Shown: positions 48,419 to 56,554 of the stretch, in pieces | Layout: the number at the start of each line of letters is the position of its first letter | Numbering within the stretch: position 1 is the stretch's first letter | DNA from: an uncultured Chloroflexia bacterium | GTDB lineage: Bacteria; Chloroflexota; Limnocylindria; Limnocylindrales; CSP1-4 | Length of the DNA: 64,000 bases | Assembly (NCBI GenBank): GCA_963712745.1 | Contig: CAVQJC010000006.1 | Span: 224,001-288,000 of the forward strand | Direction of reading: 5' to 3' | Position numbers and translations under genes: made by a program | The notes under the pieces: model-generated | What the model was told of the DNA's origin: nothing | Seen by the model: the letters and a program-made list of their open reading frames with translations, nothing else | Database searches by the model: none

Positions 48419-49242
48419 CCGCCACTGCCCCGGGCAGGGATACGCCCGCCGAACTTGCAGCGGCCGATCGTCGGGTAAGCCGTGGACACCGAGTCATCCG
48501 CGACGTGGGCCCGGTCGCCGCCGCAGCCCTGGTCTTCCTCGTGGCCTGGCAGTTGGTCGTGATCGTCGGCGACTACCCGTCCTACATCCTGCCGGGACCG
48601 TTGGTCGTGGCCGAGCGCTTCGTCAGCGGCTGGTTGGAAGGCACCATCGGCCCACACTTCTGGACCACACTGGCCGAGGTGATGCTGGGCCTGGCCGTCG
48701 GCGGTATCGCCGGCATCCTCACCGGCATCCTGCTGGCCCGGTCTCGCCTCGCCGCGCGCATGCTCTCGCCCTACATCGTGGCGGCGCAGGCCACGCCCAT
48801 CCTGGCGCTGGCGCCCCTCATCGCCCTCTGGTTCGGCACCGGCCTGGGCAGCCGTGTGCTCATCTGCGGGCTCATCTGCTTCTTCCCGGTCGCGGTCGGC
48901 ACGATGGTGGGCATCCGCTCGGTCGACCCCAAGCTCATCGAACTGGGCCGCAGCCTGCGAGCCACGCGGCGGCAGCGCCTGTCGCGCATCGAAGTGCCTT
49001 CTGCCCTGCCGCAGATCATGGGCAGCCTGCGCATCGGCGTTACGCTCGCGGTAGTAGGGGCCATCGTGGCCGAATGGGCCGGTGGCGACAGCGGCCTGGG
49101 CGTGCTCATCAACCTCGCGCGCGGCAGCATGTTCGATATCCCCCTGATGTTCGCCGCTCTCTTGACCATCGCCATGCTGGGCGTCGCTCTCTACCTCGTC
49201 GTCGTACTCATCGAACGACACCTCGTCCGCAGTCCCGACTGA
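48415..49242 (+). CDS. ribX: ABC permease, RibX-like
   Basis: NitT/TauT-type permease in the FMN-riboswitch operon. Confidence 0.75.
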   Translation: MTATAPGRDTPAELAAADRRVSRGHRVIRDVGPVAAAALVFLVAWQLVVIVGDYPSYILPGPLVVAERFVSGWLEGTIGPHFWTTLAEVMLGLAVGGIAGILTGILLARSRLAARMLSPYIVAAQATPILALAPLIALWFGTGLGSRVLICGLICFFPVAVGTMVGIRSVDPKLIELGRSLRATRRQRLSRIEVPSALPQIMGSLRIGVTLAVVGAIVAEWAGGDSGLGVLINLARGSMFDIPLMFAALLTIAMLGVALYLVVVLIERHLVRSPD

Positions 49243-49266
49243 CCACGCGAAAGGATCAACTCCAAG

Positions 49267-50307
49267 ATGGACCGCTCGTTTCCGAACCTTCGTCGTGCTG
49301 TCGGCCTCAGCGCCCTCGCGGCCGTCCTCACGCTGTCGCTGGCCGGGGCAGCCGGGGCAGCCGGGGCATCGAGCGAGGACGACACGGTGCGCACAGAGCT
49401 CACGGTGGGCCTCGGCTACATCCCGAGCGTGCAATTCGCACAGTTCTACTTCGCCGACAAGGCCGGCTACTACGACGAGGCCGGCCTCGATGTGAACTTC
49501 GAGAACAAGATCGATCCCGAGCTGATCACGCTGCTGGCGCGCGGGGCCATCGACGTGGGCATGGCCGACGGCACGAGCGTGATCCCGGCGGTCAGCCAGG
49601 GGATCCCTGTCGTGTACGGAGCCACCATCTACGGCCGTGACCCGAACGTGGTCTTCAGCCAGGCGTCCAGCGGAATCGAGAGTGCAGCCGACCTGGCTGG
49701 GGCGACGATCGGCATCCCAGGGCGCTATGGCTCCTCGTGGGTAGCCCTCCAGGCCCTACTGTCGTCCGCCGGCCTGTCGCCGGAAGATGCTGAGATCGTG
49801 ACGTACCCCCACTTCGGCCAGGGCGTGGCGGTGGCGAACGGGCAGGTCGATGCAGCGACTGGTTTTGTCACCAACGAGCCGGTCCAGCTGGCGCTGCAGG
49901 GACTCGACGTGAACGTACTGCACGTGTCCGATGTCGCTCCCCTGCCCGGCCCCGGCCTGGTGACCGGCAAGGTGACACTCGAGTCCAAGGGTGATGCCCT
50001 GCGCGCCTTCACCGCGGCCACGATCCGGGCCATGGAGGAGATCGCGGCCGACCCTCAGCTCGGGCTCGACGCCACGTTCGCGCGGGTGCCTGAGCTGGCG
50101 GGCGACCCCCAGACCCAGCTGGCGATCCTGCAGGCGACCATCGCCTCGTGGGAAGGCGAGCACGCCGCCGAGCACGGGCTTGGCAGCGTCGATCGCAGCG
50201 CCTGGGAGTCGGGCCTCAAGATCATGCGCTCGATCCCCGGCTCGACCGTGGCGGAAGACCTGACGGTGGACGATCTCGTGACCGACGCGCTGCAGCCGGA
50301 ACGATGA
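49267..50307 (+). CDS. ribY: ABC substrate-binding protein (NMT1/THI5-like), RibY-like
   Basis: LGYIPSVQFAQFY, IGIPGRYGSS, NEP; FMN-riboswitch operon. Confidence 0.78.
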   Translation: MDRSFPNLRRAVGLSALAAVLTLSLAGAAGAAGASSEDDTVRTELTVGLGYIPSVQFAQFYFADKAGYYDEAGLDVNFENKIDPELITLLARGAIDVGMADGTSVIPAVSQGIPVVYGATIYGRDPNVVFSQASSGIESAADLAGATIGIPGRYGSSWVALQALLSSAGLSPEDAEIVTYPHFGQGVAVANGQVDAATGFVTNEPVQLALQGLDVNVLHVSDVAPLPGPGLVTGKVTLESKGDALRAFTAATIRAMEEIAADPQLGLDATFARVPELAGDPQTQLAILQATIASWEGEHAAEHGLGSVDRSAWESGLKIMRSIPGSTVAEDLTVDDLVTDALQPER

Positions 50308-50501
50308 CCGATACTACGGGTATGTCTCACCGCGACGCGACCCACGCCAGCGCCAACGACGAGCCCGATGGCGGCCACGGCCACGCACACGCAGGCGAGC
50401 CGCTCGGTCCGGTCGATGTGACTGCCTGGGGTTATGCCCTGGCCGGCTCGTTGCTGGGTGTTCTGGTGGTGCTGGCCCTTCTCGTCGCCCGCGGTTTCTA
50501 A
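50304..50501 (+). CDS. Small membrane protein with His-rich N-terminus
   Basis: ATGA overlap with ribY stop; GGHGHAHAG then one C-terminal TM helix. Confidence 0.65.
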   Translation: MTDTTGMSHRDATHASANDEPDGGHGHAHAGEPLGPVDVTAWGYALAGSLLGVLVVLALLVARGF

Positions 50502-50523
50502 CGCACGGAGTCCACGCCCGGGC

Positions 50524-51186
50524 TCAATCGCCCTCTGGTCGACGTAGCGTGCCCTTGGCCACGCGCTCACGAGCCCGGTCGGCCGTGCTCTGGATCTGCT
50601 GGAGCCGCTGGTCGAGCTCCGCGATCACCGCACCTGCGAAGCCATCGTCTCCGATGGAACCGATGTTCGCGCGCACATTGACCGCCGCCGCACGAGCGGC
50701 GCAGTCGAGCAGGAGCGCGGCCACATCCAGGTCGCTGGCGACATGGAGGTTGGTGCGCCCGACCAGCCGGTCTACGAGCTCGACCTGGGCGTGGCAGGCC
50801 TTGACCACACCCAGCGGCACGACCGTGGCCTCGCGAGCGGCATCACGAGTGGCTGCGGCGCGGGCTTCCTCCTGCTCCTCGGTCTCGCGCGGGAGGCCGC
50901 GTGCCGCACGATAGGCCGCATAGGCGGCAGCATCCGCATCGGCCAACTCGAGGCACCGCAGGCGAGCTGCGTCCGAGGCCGCCAACGCTTCGGCGTGCAG
51001 CTCGGCATGATTCGCGTACTTGGGCCGGTCAAGCGACAGCCGCACGACCATGGAGGTGAGACTCGCGGCGAGCGCGGCGGCGACAGCGGCGGCGGCCCCA
51101 CCACCCGGGGTCGGCTGCTCCGAGGCAAGCGCCCGGGCGAAGTCACCGAGGAGCATGTCAGCGACGCGATGCGCTCGTTCATCCAT
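50524..51186 (-). CDS. Formiminotetrahydrofolate cyclodeaminase family protein
   Basis: LASEQPTPGGGAAAA, DADAAAY, VPL, NLHVASD, NVRAN. Confidence 0.9.
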   Translation of the reverse strand: MDERAHRVADMLLGDFARALASEQPTPGGGAAAAVAAALAASLTSMVVRLSLDRPKYANHAELHAEALAASDAARLRCLELADADAAAYAAYRAARGLPRETEEQEEARAAATRDAAREATVVPLGVVKACHAQVELVDRLVGRTNLHVASDLDVAALLLDCAARAAAVNVRANIGSIGDDGFAGAVIAELDQRLQQIQSTADRARERVAKGTLRRPEGD

Positions 51187-51245
51187 CGCGCGCATTCTCG
51201 CATGCGGCTGGGCGGGGTGTCCCGGTCGACGGTGGCAGCGGCCAG

Positions 51246-51518
51246 TCAGGCTGCCTGGGCGATCGCAGAGCCGCGCCCAGGCAGCTCCTCCACGGTCCAG
51301 CGCCGGTCACGAGGGAGATGGATCAGGCGATAACGCCGATGCGCCGTCATCACGACGAAGACGGTGCGCGGTCCCGAATCGAGAGGGTAGGCCGAAGTCT
51401 CATCCCGGACGGACTCCAGCCCGGTCACGGCCAGCCGCTGGCCGTGGGCTCGGATCTCGCGAGGACGACCGGCGCTGTCGACGGTGACGGCAGAGGCGAT
51501 GGCGCGGAGGTTGAACAT
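51246..51518 (-). CDS. Small LexA-box-preceded protein (DUF6504-like)
   Basis: AAGGAG RBS, own promoter with two SOS boxes; VTVDSAGRP...YRL....DRRW pattern. Confidence 0.7.
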   Translation of the reverse strand: MFNLRAIASAVTVDSAGRPREIRAHGQRLAVTGLESVRDETSAYPLDSGPRTVFVVMTAHRRYRLIHLPRDRRWTVEELPGRGSAIAQAA

Positions 51519-51576
51519 GGCGATGGCTCCTTGCTGCGTGCGACGCGGCCGAGGGGCACATTCGGACCGGCAATGT

Positions 51577-51626
51577 CGAACATCTGTTCTGTTGCGGCCC
51601 TGGGATGCTAACCGAACATCTGTTCG
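51577..51626 (-). promoter_or_regulatory. Two LexA (SOS) boxes
   Basis: CGAACATCTGTTCT 51577 and CGAACATCTGTTCG 51613; the second lies between minus-strand TTGACG and TAGCAT. Confidence 0.85.
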
Positions 51627-51702
51627 AACGTCAACCCCGCGGCCGTTTCGTGGACGATCGTGGGCGTTGGGCGTGCCACCTCCGATGTCACGACCGGGAC
51701 GG

Positions 51703-52947
51703 TCATTCGCCGGGCCGTTCCTCTCGAGCGCGCCCGATGCTGCTTCCCTCCGGCGCGGTCATGGGGTCGCGCTCGAACGGCTCGGCCACACCGCTGCCCA
51801 GCAGTCGGGCCCGGCGGATGGCCTTGGATCCGTAGCGTCGGCGGATGGCATCTGCCGCTTCGGTGGCCCTTCGCCTGCGCTCGTCCTCGGCCGAGAACAG
51901 CGACATCTGTTCGCCGTCTCCCAGGTGCGATGCGCCCACGCCCAGCAGTCGCACGCGGATGCCTCGAAGCTGCGGTCGCGCCAGGTCGCGGGCGGCCGCG
52001 AAGATGACCTCGGTCTGATCGGTCGGCTCCTGCAGCGTGCGCTGGCGAGAGACCGTTGTGAACGAGGAATCGCGGACCTTGACCGCGATGGTGCGCGCCT
52101 TGACGCCACCAGCGCGCAGGCGGCCGGCTACACCCTCGGACAAGGCCAACAGCGTCCGCTCCAACACCTCCGGGTCGGCCGTGTCGATGTCGAAGGTGTG
52201 TTCGTGGGAGACCGATCGTGCGGGATCGGAGCCCGAGACCGGTGAGGGATCCACACCACGGGCTCGCTGTGCCAGCTGGGGACCCTGCTTGCCGAACCGC
52301 CGTGCGAGGAGATCATCCGGCAGGGCCGCCAGGTCACCGATGGTGCGGACGCCGAAGTCAGAGAGGGCGGCGGCGGTCTTCTCGCCCACACCCCAGAGGC
52401 GCGAGATCGGCAGCGGCGCCAGGAAGTCGGCCTCGCTGCCGGGTGTCACGGCCACCAGGCCATCGGGCTTATCGAGATCGGAGGCGACCTTGGCCACGAG
52501 CTTGGTCGTGGCTACACCGACGGAGACGACCAGGTCCAACTCACCCTTGACGGCGGTCTTGATGGAGCGAGCGATCTCCAGGGGGCTGCCGTGGAGCGCC
52601 TCGGAGCCGGCCACATCGAGGAAGGCCTCATCGATGGAGACCTGCTCCACCGCAGGCGTGAAGCGCCGCAGGATGGTCATGACCTGCCTGCTGACGGCGC
52701 CGTACTTGCGCCCATCGACAGGCACGAAGACAGCGTCTGGGCAGAGGCGAGCGGCGGTACGCAGGGGCAGGGCCGAATGGATGCCGTAGCGGCGTGCCTC
52801 GTAGGAGGCAGCCGAGACGACGCCGCGGTCATCCGGACCGCCGACACCCACGACCACGGGCTTCCCGCGCAGCTCCGGGCGGTCGCGCTGCTCGACGGCG
52901 GCGAAGAATGCGTCGAGATCGACGTGCAGGATCGTGGCGCGGTTCAC
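51703..52947 (-). CDS. dinB: DNA polymerase IV
   Basis: ILHVDLDAFFAAVE, AASYEARRYG, SIDEAF, KPDGL. Confidence 0.95.
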   Translation of the reverse strand: MNRATILHVDLDAFFAAVEQRDRPELRGKPVVVGVGGPDDRGVVSAASYEARRYGIHSALPLRTAARLCPDAVFVPVDGRKYGAVSRQVMTILRRFTPAVEQVSIDEAFLDVAGSEALHGSPLEIARSIKTAVKGELDLVVSVGVATTKLVAKVASDLDKPDGLVAVTPGSEADFLAPLPISRLWGVGEKTAAALSDFGVRTIGDLAALPDDLLARRFGKQGPQLAQRARGVDPSPVSGSDPARSVSHEHTFDIDTADPEVLERTLLALSEGVAGRLRAGGVKARTIAVKVRDSSFTTVSRQRTLQEPTDQTEVIFAAARDLARPQLRGIRVRLLGVGASHLGDGEQMSLFSAEDERRRRATEAADAIRRRYGSKAIRRARLLGSGVAEPFERDPMTAPEGSSIGRAREERPGE

Positions 52948-52985
52948 CGCACCATCATGTTCCGGAGGGCAACCCCGGCGGTCGG

Positions 52986-53432
52986 CTAGCCCTTGGGCTC
53001 GACCGCGACCGTGACCTCGGGGGTCAGGCCCGAGTAGACGCGGATGGCGACCTTGTAGGTGCCCAACTGGCGCAGGGGCTCCTCGAGGTCGATGCGATGG
53101 CGGTCGATCTCGATGCCGCGGCGCGCGAGCGCATCGGCGATGTCCTTGGCGGTGATGGAGCCGTAGAGCTTGCCGCCCTCGCCGACCTTGACGCCCATGG
53201 TGAGCGTGGTGCTGCTGATGCGCTGGGCAGCGATCTCGGCCTCCTCGCGCTCCTTCTTGCGCTGTTCCTCGCGGCTGGCGATGTCGTGCTGCCAAGCGCG
53301 GAAGGTACCGCCTGCGGCCGGCACGGCGAGGTTTCGCGGGATGAGGTAATTGCGGGCGTAGCCGTTGGCTACGTCCTTGAGCTCGCCGCTCTTGCCGAGC
53401 GGGTCGACATCCGCTGTGAGGATGACCTTCAC
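52986..53432 (-). CDS. rplI: 50S ribosomal protein L9
   Basis: MKVIL, GYARNYLIP, GKLYGSIT. Confidence 0.97.
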   Translation of the reverse strand: MKVILTADVDPLGKSGELKDVANGYARNYLIPRNLAVPAAGGTFRAWQHDIASREEQRKKEREEAEIAAQRISSTTLTMGVKVGEGGKLYGSITAKDIADALARRGIEIDRHRIDLEEPLRQLGTYKVAIRVYSGLTPEVTVAVEPKG

Positions 53433-53926
53433 GCTGAGATTGCCTCCTTGTCCTCTTCGTCTGACTCGATGTAGCCGCGGGCCTCCAGCTCTGTCCTCAC
53501 GACATCGGCACTGGCTTCGATGAGGGCCGGCAGTCGTCGGGCGAACGCTCTGATGGGCAGCGGGAGGAAGCGCCGTGCGGCTTCCATGTCGCGCTCCAGC
53601 TCACGGCCGTCGATACCAAGGGTATACATCTTCTCGATCATGAGCTCCCTGGGCACCCCTTCGAGGAAGAGGTCGAGCGCGATGATGGTGACCATGACGT
53701 CGTCGACCCGGCTGACGAAGGGGATGAAATCGGGGATGAAGTCGATGGGCGACAGGACGTACGCCACAGCCATCCCCAGGATCGCCTTCCTCGACCAGGG
53801 CACCCGTCCATCGATCGCCAGCTCGGCGATGAGCCGGCCGTAGACCGGCGCACGTGACGCTAGCGGGATGAAAGGCCAGAAGCTGAGCGCGGTCAGCCCC
53901 AGCCGGAAGGTGCTTCTCAGGGCCAT
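53429..53926 (-). CDS. DUF1232/YkvA family protein
   Basis: YVLSPIDFIPDFIPFVSRVDD. Confidence 0.85.
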   Translation of the reverse strand: MALRSTFRLGLTALSFWPFIPLASRAPVYGRLIAELAIDGRVPWSRKAILGMAVAYVLSPIDFIPDFIPFVSRVDDVMVTIIALDLFLEGVPRELMIEKMYTLGIDGRELERDMEAARRFLPLPIRAFARRLPALIEASADVVRTELEARGYIESDEEDKEAISA

Positions 53927-54042
53927 CGGAGCCGCGAGTCTAGCACCCGCAGGCCCGGGAACCTCCACGGCCGACGCGCCAGCTCGCGGCCACCGGCCAA
54001 GGCAGCCGATCGAACGAGACCTCCAGCTCCAGCCCGTCAGTC

Positions 54043-54071
54043 TTGACATTCGAACAAGTGTTCGGTAGTGT
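54043..54071 (+). promoter_or_regulatory. lexA promoter with LexA box in the spacer
   Basis: TTGACA 54043, CGAACAAGTGTTCG 54051-54064, TAGTGT 54066 (17-bp spacer). Confidence 0.9.
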
Positions 54072-54088
54072 TCCATCAAGGAGGACCC

Positions 54089-54739
54089 GTGACCAAGCAC
54101 GACGCTCTTCGCAAGCAGCGAATCATCGAGTACATCGCCGCTACCGTCCGGGAGAGCGGCTACCCGCCGTCCGTGCGCGAGATCGCCTCGGCGGTGGGGC
54201 TGGCTTCCACCTCGGCGGTCCACCATCACCTCTCAGCGCTGGAGAAGGAAGGCAAGCTCGAGCGTGACGCGACCCAATCGCGAGCGCTGCGACTGACTCC
54301 CTCGGCACTGCTCACCACGGGCGGTGGTGGTGATGTGCTGGCCCGCGGACCGGAGCCTGGCACCCGGGCCATCCCGGTGATCGGCGAGATCGCCGCCGGT
54401 GGCCCCATCGAGGCCTATCAGGATGGCAGCGAGTCCGTCAGTGTCCCGGACTTCATCAACACCAGTGCCGGCACCTATGTGCTGCGCGTGCGTGGGGACT
54501 CGATGGTCGACGCCCACATCATGGACGGTGACCTGGTGGTCATCCGCGAGCAGCAGAGCGCCCTCGATGGGGACATCGTGGTCGCCCAGGTGGAGGAGAA
54601 CGCGGTCACACTGAAGCGCTTCTTCAAGGAGCGTGACCGAGTGCGTCTGCAGCCGGCCAACGAGGCGTACGAGCCGCAGTTCTACGACGATGTGCGCATC
54701 CAGGGCAAGCTCGTCGGGGTCATCCGCAGGGTCGATTAG
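54089..54739 (+). CDS. lexA: SOS repressor LexA
   Basis: GYPPSVREI, IAAG cleavage site, VRGDSM, TLKRF. Confidence 0.97.
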   Translation: MTKHDALRKQRIIEYIAATVRESGYPPSVREIASAVGLASTSAVHHHLSALEKEGKLERDATQSRALRLTPSALLTTGGGGDVLARGPEPGTRAIPVIGEIAAGGPIEAYQDGSESVSVPDFINTSAGTYVLRVRGDSMVDAHIMDGDLVVIREQQSALDGDIVVAQVEENAVTLKRFFKERDRVRLQPANEAYEPQFYDDVRIQGKLVGVIRRVD

Positions 54740-54754
54740 CAGCGTAAACGGTCC

Positions 54755-54800
54755 TTATCGACGTTTGTCCACGGGTTATCCACAAGAATCGTGGAGAGTT
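54755..54800. promoter_or_regulatory. DnaA box cluster upstream of dnaB
   Basis: Perfect TTATCCACA 54776 plus degenerate TTATCGACG 54755 and TTGTCCACG 54765. Confidence 0.6.
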
Positions 54801-54907
54801 CGGCCCCGGTTCGTGGAGATGCGCCTTGCGGAGCGCCTTCGCGAACCGCGAACATCGGTGCAACAGTCCCACTCGCCCCTGACTTCCTGATGTCCCGGAG
54901 ACTCCCT

Positions 54908-56269
54908 GTGTCCATCGATCGCTTGCCGCCGCAGTCCATCGAAGCCGAGCAATCGGTCCTCGGCGCGCTCATGATCGACAAGGACGCCGTTATCGAAGTG
55001 GCGGAGATCCTCAAGCCTGACGACTTCTACAGAGGCCACCACGGCACCGTCTACGCTGCGGTTCTCGAGCTCTATGAGCGTCGTGAGCCCATCGACATCA
55101 TCACCGTCAGCGAAGTGCTGGAGCGGCAGGGCAAACTCGACGACGTCGGTGGCTCGGCCTACCTGACCAGCCTCATGAATCTCACGCCCACGGCCGTCAA
55201 CGTCACCCACTACGCGCGCATCGTCGAACGCAAGGGCGTGCTCCGGAACCTCATCAGTGCGGCTGGCCGTATCGCCGGCTACGGCTATGAGGAAGAGGGC
55301 GATATCAGTGCGGTCATCGACCGGGCGGAGTCGGAGCTCTTCGCCGTCAGCGAGAAGCGCGTGCAATCGGGATTCTCCTCGCTCGACTCACTCCTCCACG
55401 GAGCCTGGGATCGACTCGACTACCTCCACCAGCACAAGGGCGAGATCAGCGGCATCCGAACCGGCTTCAAGAGACTCGATGCGCTCACGACCGGCCTCCA
55501 GAAGTCCGACCTGGTGCTCGTGGCGGCCCGGCCATCGATCGGCAAGACCAGCCTCGCGCTCAACTTCGCCGAGCACGCCTCGGTCAACGAGGGCAAGGTG
55601 GTGGGCATCTTCAGCCTCGAGATGAGCAAGGAGCAGCTGGTGCTGCGCCTGCTCTCGTCCGTCTCCAACGTCGACTCCAACCTCTTGCGCACGGGCTGGC
55701 TGGAGGAGATCCACTTCGCACGCCTGGCGCCGGCCATGAGCAAGCTCGCGACTGCGCCGATCTTCATCGACGACACACCCAACATCAGCGCCATGGAACT
55801 CCGTACCAAGGCCCGCCGACTTCAGGCCGAGTCCGGGTTGGACCTTATCTTGGTGGACTACCTGCAGCTGATGCAGTCGAGCGTGACCTCGCGGGACGCC
55901 AACCGCGTGCAGGAGGTCAGCGACATCTCGCGAAGCCTCAAGGCGCTGGCGCGCGAGCTGCAGGTGCCCGTGGTGGCGCTCTCGCAGTTGTCTCGGCAGA
56001 CGGAGAACCGCGGTGAGAAGGGGGAACCGCGACTATCTGACCTGCGAGAGTCCGGTGCCCTCGAGCAGGACGCCGACCTGGTCATGTTCCTGTGGCGCGA
56101 GAAGGAACGCAATCCGGACGATGACGATGCGGACGGCGAGGTCATCAACCTGAAGTTGGCCAAGCACCGCAACGGCCCAACCGGGGACATGCAGCTCTAC
56201 TTCAAGAAGCGACAGACCCGTTTCGAGAACGTGGAGGAGGACCACTACGCGGAGAGCGCGTACGCCTAG
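54908..56269 (+). CDS. dnaB: Replicative DNA helicase
   Basis: PPQSIEAEQSVLG, AARPSIGKT, FSLEMS, DYLQL, SDLRESGALEQDAD, KHRNGPTG. Confidence 0.97.
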   Translation: MSIDRLPPQSIEAEQSVLGALMIDKDAVIEVAEILKPDDFYRGHHGTVYAAVLELYERREPIDIITVSEVLERQGKLDDVGGSAYLTSLMNLTPTAVNVTHYARIVERKGVLRNLISAAGRIAGYGYEEEGDISAVIDRAESELFAVSEKRVQSGFSSLDSLLHGAWDRLDYLHQHKGEISGIRTGFKRLDALTTGLQKSDLVLVAARPSIGKTSLALNFAEHASVNEGKVVGIFSLEMSKEQLVLRLLSSVSNVDSNLLRTGWLEEIHFARLAPAMSKLATAPIFIDDTPNISAMELRTKARRLQAESGLDLILVDYLQLMQSSVTSRDANRVQEVSDISRSLKALARELQVPVVALSQLSRQTENRGEKGEPRLSDLRESGALEQDADLVMFLWREKERNPDDDDADGEVINLKLAKHRNGPTGDMQLYFKKRQTRFENVEEDHYAESAYA

Positions 56270-56316
56270 ACCCGTACACTCATGGTCCGCCGGGACGAGG
56301 CAAGAGGAGGAGAGCG

Positions 56317-56523
56317 ATGGGCGTCATCATCATCCGTGAGATGGTCGGCAGCAGCCCTGAGTCGTGGAGCGTTGCAGCCGCAGAGGCCGTCGCTCGTGCG
56401 TCTTTGACCGTGCGCAATATCCGCCACGTGGAAGTTGTCCGCCATACGGCTCGTGTCGAGGACGGGCGGATCGCCGAGTACGAAGCAGAACTCAAGATCT
56501 TCTTCGAGTACGAGGGTACCTAA
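56317..56523 (+). CDS. Dodecin-family protein
   Basis: EMVGSSPESW..A...AV.RAS.TVRNI...EV...DGRIAEY. Confidence 0.85.
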   Translation: MGVIIIREMVGSSPESWSVAAAEAVARASLTVRNIRHVEVVRHTARVEDGRIAEYEAELKIFFEYEGT

Positions 56524-56529
56524 GGCCAC

Positions 56530-56538
56530 TTATCCACA
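56530..56538 (+). promoter_or_regulatory. Perfect DnaA box
   Basis: TTATCCACA in a short intergenic gap. Confidence 0.5.
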
Positions 56539-56554
56539 GCGTGGTAAGCGCGAG

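Noticed and set aside
51900-51913. LexA-box-like CGACATCTGTTCG
   Set aside because: Lacks a base of the GAAC half-site and lies inside the dinB coding region.
54740-54905. oriC
   Set aside because: Only one perfect DnaA box, no AT-rich unwinding element and no dnaA/dnaN nearby; kept only as a regulatory site.
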